Below are positions 53,931 to 64,000 of a DNA stretch of 64,000 nt, one piece after another (positions within the stretch are counted from its first letter, which is position 1; each line of letters starts with the position of its first letter). The stretch is from Mytilus edulis (taxonomy: Eukaryota): NCBI RefSeq assembly GCF_963676685.1, contig NC_092347.1:90644001-90708000 (forward strand). The letters are read 5' to 3'. Under the pieces are notes generated by a model. The model worked only from the letters and a program-made list of their open reading frames with translations, made no database searches and was not told the origin of the DNA. Position numbers and translations under genes: made by a program.

Positions 53931-54226
53931 GGAATTTCCCTAAAAACTGAATTACATATGCAGTATAATTAAATATTACTGGAGGTAAAATGCTTAAAAA
54001 CCACGATCATTACAACGGATATAACAATAGCAACAAATAATTGATGACAATATTTTCTATCATAGTGGTTAAACTTATCTAAATAAATCCACAATTACAA
54101 AGGTATATCATTGTAAAATGTCTATTTCATAACTGATTATTACATATTTTGGTCAGTGATATTGGTATATAAAGAACAACAATCACAAGGTATCACAAGG
54201 AACTGCCATCATAGAAACACACAGAG
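53931..54226 (+). promoter_or_regulatory. Promoter and non-coding exon 1 of C7
   Basis: GGAATTTCCC at 53931-53940; TATATAAA at 54166-54173; donor CAGAG|GTTAGT at 54226/54227. Confidence 0.75.
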
Positions 54227-54857
54227 GTTAGTAATTTTACTATTATTTGTCTGTTTGTTTTTTTATTTTAAGCCATGGCATTGTCAGTTTATTTTAATGT
54301 TTTATGAAAGATCATGTCTATTATATTTGGTTATTTCAAATTATCTATTTTTTACTAGATTTCTTAAAAATTTATGCCAGTATATGTTTGCATTAAAGAA
54401 TTTTGTTTTAACATATTCCAACCAAATGCATTTCCGACTTTTAACTTTTATAATTTGTCATGTTAACGTTAAAGGGGGTACCAAGCATTTTGACTGAAAT
54501 AGATTTGCCTCGTTACATTTTGACAGGATATTTACTTTAATCTGTGGACAAACAGATTGTTATTCTAAATAAAAATTATAACCACAAAATTAACAGGATT
54601 TATTTCAGTGGATGTATGACAGTTTGACAAGCACTGCTATGCTTAATTTATCTTTACTTGTCGTCTGTATATTTTAAACGATAAGAGTATTCTAAAGAGT
54701 TAACTCCTTTCGGTGTTCTGTATCCCCTTTATTTACTGTTGCATTTTGTCTTCCGATTCTGATAACGTGTTTAAATTCTAAAAAAAAGAAGAACAAAAAA
54801 TATTATCAATTTCAATATGTGAAAGAATGTTTTAATACAATTTCAGAATCAACAAAC

Positions 54858-55980
54858 ATGACACCAATAGCATTGATTTGTTTAGCCCTTGTCGGACTTG
54901 TGTCATCAGAGGCAGGTGAAAAAGGATACAGTCCCAAGTATAATCTGAAAACATACGGAAATCCATTCGGACCAGGTAGTATTGGTGGTAATGGATTTCA
55001 AAGAAATGGTGGGTTTGGATATCCGTCTTATGGCAGATTAGGTTATGGATACGGGGGATTTGGCAACAACGCCTATTATGGTTATGGTTCACCTTTAAAC
55101 ATTGGCGGGTATGCTGGATACAATGGATATAGTGTACAAAGTGGATATCCTGGATACGGGTTCATGAACGGAAGGGGTTTAAATGGATTTGGTGGTTATG
55201 GTAATAACGGTTTTTACGGTAAAGGTATCGGACCTTTCATGGGTTATGGACACGGCCAAGGACTAGGAGGAAATGTGTATGGATCATATGGTATAAATGG
55301 GGCATACGGTGGTAATAATCATGGATCATATGATATTGGCGGTATTGGTAGTTTGAATGGTTTTGGATCACTCGGTGGATTGAATGGTTTTGGATCATAT
55401 GGTAGTTTGAATGGTTTTGGATCATATGGTAGTTTGAATGGTTTTGGAATTAGTGTCAATGGTGGACTCATAAATGCAAGAAACGGTTACAGTGGGTTTG
55501 GCAATGTCGGTAAATTTGGAGGTAAGTAATCTAACATCACTAAATAGAATAAATGCTAAATTTTATAAATATAATATAATAACAATTGCCAAATTGTTAT
55601 TTAAGAGGGAGTTCCATACAACATGGCATATCTTTTTTTATTGTAAAGATTTATTCTCTTATTCCTTGTGCATTGTGTTCTATTTTGAAAGTGATTTAGA
55701 TTAATTAAAATACCAATTTTTTGAATAAAAAAAAAATAAAAAGCCTGACACAAGAGAATAAAAAAAAACAAAGAAGGAAATGTACGACAGAATAGGATTA
55801 ATATAAACAACCAGAGTATACATACAACTGAAGGATTGATATATTCTAGCAGAATGTACATCTAACTAGTTATTTGGAGAATATGAACTTAATTCACAAC
55901 TCTCCCTTCAATAATACAATGCAATTAACTGATCATGTCAACATTGATTTATCATTTCAGGTAAAAAAGGAACATATTAG
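54858..55980 (+). CDS. Secreted Gly/Tyr/Asn-rich structural protein, divergent type C, copy C7 (227 aa; coding exons 54858-55521 and 55961-55980)
   Basis: tttcAG|aatcaacaaacATG; signal peptide MTPIALICLALVGLVSS; donor GGAG|GTAAGT; acceptor tttcAG|GTAAAAAAGGAACATATTAG; 684 nt in frame. Confidence 0.9.
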
Positions 55981-56114
55981 AATCCAAGAAGGCAATGAAG
56001 AATTGATGGCGATTTTCTACAAATTTGTTATTTTGTTTATGATGGTTTATAAATATTAAAATGAATATTAAATAATTCATTGTACTTGATTGTTTCATGC
56101 AAGTATTGTTTTCT

Positions 56115-56670
56115 CAGGCTCAAACACTCATAAAACAAATGGATAACAACTGTCATATTTCTGACTTGGTACAGGCATTTTCTTATGTAGAAAATGGTTG
56201 ATTAAACCTGGTTTTATAGCTACCTCGACCTCTCACCTGTATGATAGTTGCATCAAATTTAATTATCTTTCGACGATGTGTGAACAAAAACAAGCACACG
56301 CAGTACATTATAGGTAAAAATACAGGGATACAGCAGTCAACATTGTTATATAATCTTGATCACTATAAACACAAACACATATATACCATGAAACACAAAA
56401 AGGCATATAGACAAGGCACATTAGTAAAATTAAAATAAGCTACAGTAGCACGATTACACAATGACGGGATGTATTTGTACGTATACAGAGTCACGTCATA
56501 TGTATCAAATAAACACAAAAAACATATAAACAAAGCACATTAGTAAAAATGAAAGACAATAATACACAAAATAATCATAGGACAATAACACAATTACGGG
56601 ATGTATAAGTACAAAGCCACGTCATATGTATGAAAGAAATCCCAAAAAGCATACAGACAAAGCACATTAT
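56115..56670. mobile_element. Interspersed repeat (CTCAAACAC..GGATAACAACTGTCATATT..GACTTGGTACAGGC family) with internal ~120-bp tandem units
   Basis: Related pieces at ~8050-8350, ~24215-24400, ~34300-34480, ~51645-53085 (inverted) and ~62466-62740. Confidence 0.6.
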
Positions 56671-59600
56671 TTAAACAAACCATAACTAAAATTGGAGATA
56701 AAGTTACGTGATATTAACAAGGAGATTATAATTAAAATGAGAGGACCTAGTTTGTAATTTGTCTCGATCTAACTTTTCTAGATAAACGTTTTACATCCGT
56801 TGTCTCTATTTACCTTCACTCATTATATAACTATAAGAAAATGCTATTGAATAAGACAACGAAGAAAACTAATTGATCTAGGTTTTTCAATTACTGTAAC
56901 ATCACATATATTGAATACGAAAAGTTCCATTTTTGCTTGGATATGTTCTTTAGCCATACGGTGTGTTTAATTGTAAGGTAGTTCGCCTTGATCAGTTTAT
57001 ATAGCCATTTAAGATAATGAATTAACGAAATATGTTTGTAACCAATAAATTATCAGGAATTTCGTTTCCAAAATCACTAAAACATAGATTTGTTTAGGCA
57101 ATCTGGGTGGTCACATGATTTTAAAACAAGATGGCCAGCAAAATTATGATATGATATCCTGTTTGCTATAAAGTTTCAAAGAATCACGATTTGGAATAGG
57201 AAAAAAGTTGGAAATAGGTCAAACTCATTTACACTATAAAGCAGACAACAATATTGGTTCTCTTAGATATTAAAATGCTGAAAAAAAGCTAATGAGTGAA
57301 GACATCAGACCGTTGTGTCGGTCAAATAAATTATAATGCTGACCTGAACTTAAAAGAAGATATTTTCACATATAAAAAGAAATGAAAACCGATACAATAA
57401 CAACACTTTTACTTTGATGTTTTTGTAAGTAGTAACTCAAAAAAAAGACAGACTCAGACCTATTAGGAAACGAAGCTCTAACACAAAGGATACTTTGCAA
57501 AATAATTGCCCATATTAAAAAACTGTTCCCTACTATAAAGATACCAATCCCACGGTACAGAAATGTGGAAATTTAATACATAAAAATCGAAGTTTTCATT
57601 TTTATTACTATGTCATTTAGGGAGCATTCAAAGCTTCAAGTCTTGAAGTCTTCCAAAACATAAATATACCTTATAAATAATGAGTAGTTAATAGCTTCTT
57701 TTTTGCAAGTCCTACCAACACAATGGGCATAGAGGTAATATGATAAAAACAACGTAATATTTAAAAATGAAAGTGTTTTACGACAATGAAGTCTATAATA
57801 ATAAGTAACCAATAGATTAAATAAAGATATTTTGGAATAAAAACGAAGATAACTACAGGATTGGTGAACAGTAGTTTACAGATGTTCAATTCTAATAAAT
57901 CTATTTAAAAATACAATGAAGACAACATACGTTTAGAAAAATCGCTTGAACTATAAACCTGGTGGGTAAACATGGTAAGCGTTTACTCATATACATGGAT
58001 CACCCGCCAGATCCATAAAACTCGAAATTATTTTTTTCGAAATCACCAATATTAAATATGAAACGATTATTATAGTATATAAAGATCAAGTACAGGAAAA
58101 GATGTCTCTAGTGAGATTCGACACATTCTCGTTGTCAGCTTTACTAATGTGTATTTGGTCCGTAAAATGTAATGCTTCATTGCCTAAATGTATTAATGAC
58201 ATGCGTTATGTTTTCCATCACAAGAAACTATTCGATGAACATTCATATTCGTCGAGAATAGGCTTGTGGCTTTAATAAGAGCAATATATCAATGGTAGTG
58301 TAAGGTGTGATTCCATTATAATAAGAACAAAGCTATGGTATATTTCATTTTAAATTCAATGGAGTAGAAGGCGATCAAAGTGGTCAACTTTAAATTGTTA
58401 AGTTAGAACAAAAATATTTTTATGAAGCAGCACGTATAATTTATATATAATGCATACTTCTTTATATTCATCTAGGAAAAGACACCTCTGAAGTATGCTT
58501 CATTTCAATAAAGGAACTAGAGGCAAATACGAACAGAACAGTAACATGAGCAATGATTATTGGAAAACAAGCGTTTCAACGTAACAAACATGCTCTTAAT
58601 AAAACAAATTAAGGTTCGAGATGATGATCGGAGATTTCTTTTTTTAAAGAGTATCTATTCTCAATATACCTTTCACTTATAACCAAAACATGCGAAAGTA
58701 GATATTCGAAGGAAAACACTATATTTGTAATTGAGTATGACAATTAAGCTACAAAATTTAACGTGTCAGTTATTTTGGTCTTTGATGATAACAGTGGCAT
58801 AAGTGTTTTTTCGACCCGTTGTTTTTTTTAATCATGATATATTTCAACGAAATTGCAGCTTAATCTATTTGTAAAGGATATATTTTGATAAGTTTTGTAT
58901 ATTTTCTCCGTTGTATAGACTGATCTTTTATAAAAATAGAAATATTTCAAATAAGTATAAGAAATTACGAAGCACATTGCCTTAGATAATGACCATTAAA
59001 TGACAATAAGAGATTATTTTTAGGTTTATGAATAAAATAAACATTTAAAGGCTTTATGTGTAGTTCTGATTCTTCAGGTTTTTTAACAAGTGAAGCCGTT
59101 TGAATTTTTAAGGATTTCAACGTGGTTTCATTTTTTGATATCTTAATATTTTTGCATAGATAATTCTACAGCTTTTTCATCTGTGCCATTAACATTGATA
59201 TCGCTTATTTATAATACAAAACTGCAATGAACAACACTTTCTTATTCTCTTTCAGAAGAGACAAGATACATCATTATCATGTTGGATGATATATACATAA
59301 AATTTCTCAACAATCTTAAAAGTGTACCATATATTAATTATATTAAAAAAAGTGTTAATACAAAAATCGGACTTCAATATAAATTTTAACATGGGAAGTA
59401 CATAAAAACTGAGAAAATTATAAGTAAGACTATATCAACCGACGTAACAAATGAAAAAAGTGTACTACCACAAAATGATTGTATCTCACATCCGGTTGCA
59501 TAAAAAAGGGTTGAAACAATAGTATTCCTTTGAATTGTAGGAAATTAATCTTACTTTTAATCACAGCCAAAAATCTGCGGGTCATAAACATACATCTTAA

Positions 59601-60795
59601 GTGTTTCAAAGCACCATTAAATGTCTATGAGTATTTTGGAAATTTGAGGTTACATAGTTACTAATGCTTGTACCTAGGTAAAATGGTTAACTTCTATTAA
59701 CTTCTATTAACGATTATTTTTTTTTATATGCAATGACATGTTATGTGAAATTTTGTCTAAAGTACTGAACGGGATAAACCTTTACTTATACCAAGCATTT
59801 TTTTTTAAAACAAAGATAAATTCTGCACATCTTTTGAAAATGTGAAACAAGGGGAAATCCATTGGTGGTTTTACATCTGAACGTCTTTTCCATGTTATTT
59901 TTGTGGTTTTAAAATCAAAATCAAAGGTGGTATCACACCTAATATGGGAAGATGCACATGCACCTTTGACCTGGTGAGTTCTCTTATTTATCAAAATTGC
60001 ATGCTTATTCAGTGAAATATTGCAAAAATAAAACAATCTGAATGAAATGAGTCTCGAAAACACAGAGCCATACTTAGTGTTTTGGGGAGCCTTTTCTGTC
60101 CTTTCTCCTCATTTCAAATATTCTGCTATAACAAAAAACTTTTCCTAATTCATACTTTGATAAATATATAGTTTTAAGTGAATAATATTTTTGTAAAGCA
60201 GTAACAACAAATTATTCACTTGAAGGGAAGCTGTTAATATTCCCCTCTATAACATGTTTAATGCTGCTTAAATTTAAGTTTTATGTAAGGACTTACTTGT
60301 GGGGTCAGTAAACTTTTATATTGATAGATCATTCAGTTTGAATACTTCAATAACTCAGAATCAAATGTAAAATAATTATTTGATGCAATACGAAAATGTA
60401 TTTTATTCTGTTTTCTACATAATAAAATAAGATAAAGATGTAATATCATCCGGGCTTTCATTTTGAATATGTATAAATAATTAGTGGCCTTCGTATGTTT
60501 TCTATTCTTTGGTCGGGTTTTTGTCTCTTTGACATATTCCCCATTTCCATTCTCAAATATGAAAGTATATATAAATATTCGTCATACACCCTGAAACTTT
60601 ACAGTCCAAATGTCAACATATACAATAGGAATTGAGACGTATCGTATCGATCAACCTATTTAGGATGGTGATCTTACACATTATTCATTGTTAAAAGCAT
60701 TGGATATTTCTCTTAACCCAGTATGACAGTATTTAAATCGAAACTCCAATCCTGTGAATAAAGCCAGTATAGTATGAAAATTCACATTCGTTGTA

Positions 60796-60965
60796 TACTG
60801 TAACAGCAGATATTTTCGTGGAGGATTTAATTTTGTTTATTTCGTGGAAAGAATATATCCACGAAATTAATACCCCTACGAACATTTAACCTACATATAA
60901 TATCACTCCCATTTACTAAAAAAACAACGAAATTAAAACCCCAAGAAATTTATGTTTCTACAGTA
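60796..60965. mobile_element. Small TACTGTA...TACAGTA MITE
   Basis: Terminal TACTGTA/TACAGTA and internal inverted TTTCGTGGA/TCCACGAAA motifs. Confidence 0.55.
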
Positions 60966-61911
60966 TCAATTTAGACATGTATACGCACGACAATATTGAA
61001 GTGGGCATGCTACGGTTGAGAAATGTGAAGTCGACAGTGGGAACGCAGACATTGGTACTTTAGGTAAATTATCTTGTAAAGCCATCCATCCGTGATAATA
61101 TAAAAAAGAAAAAAAATAAGGTTGCAGACAGTTGTTTCTAAATCGATTGATGAAAGCAACAAGTGTAAAATTATTCAAGCATTCATATCATAAATAAACA
61201 GGTAGTAATTATCTAGCCATATATGTGTCACTGAGATGCCAATTACATGTCCGAATTGACATATATGACCTTAACGATATAATCGACCGTACCCCTCAGG
61301 ATTTTGAACAATGCAAGGCCATCTCAAAAATGATTAGTTTAAACATATTTTATTTGCTGAATTAAAGTAAAATGGATAAGACACAAGTAAGTCAGACTTA
61401 TGAAGTATATAAAGTTACCATAATAGTATAATATAATGGACATGCATATAAAACAAATGAGTTTATACAATATAATACTAGCTTTCATAGGTGAACAAAG
61501 AGGAGAGAAAGTAAAAAGAGAAAAAGAAAGTTTGAAAAGTCGTATAATTCTGTGACGATGACTTGTGAATTGATGACAAGGATGACGTTCCGTGTCAGTA
61601 ATAATAACGCTCTATCAAGGCATAAGAAATCTGTTTGACCTTTTTATGAAATTTTGAACATGTTTGAAAATTTGAATATTACAAAAAAAATTATATTTTA
61701 CACACATTGAAATTCTTTTAAAATCCATTATGCAGCAATTATATTTTTGGGTGAAGCATAAGTTTATATAAGTATAACTATGAAAGATATTATACGAAAA
61801 AAACCGTAAAACTTTCAGAACCGAAAAAAATAGAAAAGAATCTTGAAACAACCCCATTGAATTTCATCTCGATAGAAAAACACCACATGAAACACTGTGT
61901 AAGACACAAGT

Positions 61912-62215
61912 GGACTTTCCCCTATACTCAGTGAAACCATAGATAGGAATACCACATATTACTAAGAGATGACAATATCTTACACAACATCGGATTAAAC
62001 AATAATGCTACTTTACAACTGTCAATAAATAATTGATAACATTACTTTCTAACATTGAGGTTAACCTTTTTTTATGCATCTTCTATTGAAAACGTTATTT
62101 TTTGGGTAAAATGTCTATTTCATAACTTATTATAATGAATTGTGTGGTCAATGACTATGGTATATATAGGACATTAATTTATAAATCATCACTCTGAGAA
62201 AGCCATCATACCACG
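61912..62215 (+). promoter_or_regulatory. Eighth, divergent copy of the family promoter and non-coding exon 1; coding exon not in the window
   Basis: In conserved order and spacing: GGACTTTCCC (61912), AATAATTGATAACATTACTTTCTAACATTGAGGTTAACCTT, AATGTCTATTTCATAAC..ATTATAA..TGTGTGGTCA, TATATATAG (62161), GCCATCATA..CACG|GTAAGT (62215/62216). Confidence 0.7.
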
Positions 62216-62365
62216 GTAAGTTGAAGAATTCATGTGCGAATTTCAGATTCATATGAGCCAATATTTGGGATTATTCTTATCATTGTTAAGGCTATAATAA
62301 ATGTTATAAAAAATAGAAAAGAAAACAATGTAGACCATTAATTGAATTAGAGCAAAAAAGTTCAT

Positions 62366-62465
62366 NNNNNNNNNNNNNNNNNNNNNNNNNNNNNNNNNNN
62401 NNNNNNNNNNNNNNNNNNNNNNNNNNNNNNNNNNNNNNNNNNNNNNNNNNNNNNNNNNNNNNNNN
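62366..62465. other. Assembly gap (100 N)
   Basis: Run of N. Confidence 1.
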
Positions 62466-63285
62466 AACACGAAAAGGCATAGAGACAGAGCACATAGCAA
62501 AAATGAAAATCAAGAAACATACATGTTTTCGAAGTAACACGAAAAGGCATATAGACAAAGCACATTACCAAAATTGAAAGACAAGAATACAAGAATATCA
62601 TAAACAATAATGACAGGATGTACAAGTACCTCAGGTATCTTAATAGCAATAAAAACAAACATATAGTTAACAAAGAAGCACAAAAAGGCATATATCAAAT
62701 TTAACAATCTCATTAATTGCTTTCTTATTTCTGAATGTTATCAATGTATGTTAAATTCACCCATAAACGGTTTATACCCTATGTACTGGGACCGAATGGT
62801 TTGATCACATTTACTCTGACGTAGAATCAAAAATGTTATTCTAATTTTGTAATGTTTAGAATAATTGTGTTAATTATTATAAAATGAAAATATGAATCGT
62901 AGATAATAGTTATAATAATAATAATTATAAAAATAATAATAAAAATAATAGTACTTTTTATTTTAAAATGTAACATAATAATTCTATTTATTCCCATAAC
63001 ATATCTATAAAATGTGTTGCCTGTAATTAAAATTTTCAACTGATCAACGTCTTTGCGCTTAAGAACAGTTATGAATTCTGATTAATATATACTATGAAAA
63101 TAAAGAGTAAAATAATAACATTCTTCGAATAAAACACTTTAATGTAATACTTTACACAAACAGTATTGGATATTTGAGCAGTTCATGATTTATATAAATT
63201 TATCATCCATATTGAGGTTGTTAAAGTGATAAACATATTAAGAGCAGTCAGAAAACAATTATAATGTAAGTCACCATGAAGTTCG

Positions 63286-64000
63286 TGTAATGACTTTAAC
63301 CGCGCGTAACGTAACGCTATACTTTGGTGTTCCATATGTAACGTCACATCCTTGGTAACTTTGTTATGTGTTCTTGTATAGATTTTAATACACGTTCCAC
63401 ATGTTATATTTGTTGTCTTGTAAATGCCTAAGTTATTTCATTGGCGACGAGGATAAAAGAGATGAAAAGTGAATGAGAGAAGATATTTAAAGGCATAATA
63501 TAAGAGAAGAATAAGAAAAATGGCTGAAAGAATTACAGTTGTGACAGAAAACAGAAATTTACGTACTTTACCGTTCTCACCATCGGAGGATCACCTTACT
63601 ACGGGAAGTCAGTGGGAGGAATGGCTAGAAGGGATTGAAAGAGAATTTCGATATTTTAGAATTACAGAACCTGAAGACAAAAAGGACGCAATGATTATCT
63701 ATGGAGGTAAGGAAATTTCTAGATTAGAGAAAAGTACACCCGACCCCGTTGATAGACGCATGGATGTTTATGAAAAGCTAAAAAAGAAACTGAATGATTA
63801 TTTTGCTCCAAAGAAGAATAAACATTATGCAAGATACGTATTTTGAAAATGAGACCGATTAATGGAGAATCAACAGTGGCATACGCGACACGACTACGAG
63901 AGAGAGCTGCTGATTGTGAATTTGAAAATCAAGATGACAGAATTTTAGAACACATTATTCAAACCACAGATAATGAATCGCTAATCAAAAAGACAATTAA
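63286..64000 (+). mobile_element. Ty3/Gypsy LTR retrotransposon, 5' part: 155-bp LTR (63286-63440), tRNA-Ser PBS (63442-63454) and gag
   Basis: TGTAATGACTT...AAGTTATTTCA imperfect inverted termini. TGGCGACGAGGAT is complementary to the 3' end of tRNA-Ser(GCU). A gag ORF follows. Confidence 0.85.
63520..64000 (+). pseudogene. Gypsy gag-like ORF with a 1-nt frameshift at ~63841-63844; runs off the window
   Basis: WEEWLEGIEREF...LNDYFAPKKNKHYARYVF, then the -1 frame continues LKMRPINGESTVAYATRLRERAADCEF (major-homology-like region). Confidence 0.8.

Noticed and set aside
57100-57140. GTCACATG and CAAGATGGC (E-box and YY1-like words) suggesting a promoter
   Set aside because: Short motifs with no associated exon or paralogous conservation; could be chance or repeat-derived.
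62249-62713. ORFs spanning the N run
   Set aside because: Artefacts of the assembly gap and the adjacent repeat.
62836-63039. Ile-rich hydrophobic ORF
   Set aside because: Translation of AAT/ATT low-complexity sequence.

Overview
AT-rich eukaryotic genomic DNA, most likely from a mytilid mussel (inferred from the repeat families and the protein type; not provable from the window). The core is a cluster of seven intact paralogous genes for secreted Gly/Tyr/Asn-rich low-complexity structural proteins of 227-251 aa, resembling shematrins or thread-matrix proteins. They are arranged <A1 <B2 | B3> A4> B5> A6> C7>. Each gene has three exons: a TATA-driven non-coding exon 1, a large coding exon 2, and a last exon with 20 coding nt that the ORF track misses and that adds a conserved -GKKGTY C-terminus. 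An eighth copy of the shared promoter and exon 1 lies at about 62 kb; its intron contains an assembly gap and a Ty3/Gypsy insertion. The cluster was built by direct and inverted duplication of a B-A unit, and the inversion breakpoint lies inside a palindromic MITE. The duplicated spacers provide filled/empty site pairs that define several unusual mobile elements to the base: (i) a 4.7-kb element with split direct repeats and an att-like junction, suggesting a tyrosine-recombinase type; (ii) a 3.8-kb Transib/RAG-like element with CACAGTG ends and a 5-bp TSD; (iii) a 0.77-kb element carrying an internal complement of its own circle junction; (iv) hammerhead-ribozyme retrozyme/Penelope-like insertions. 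Helitron, HINE, MITE, L1/Tx1-like and Penelope-like relics are also present. All coordinates were read by eye.
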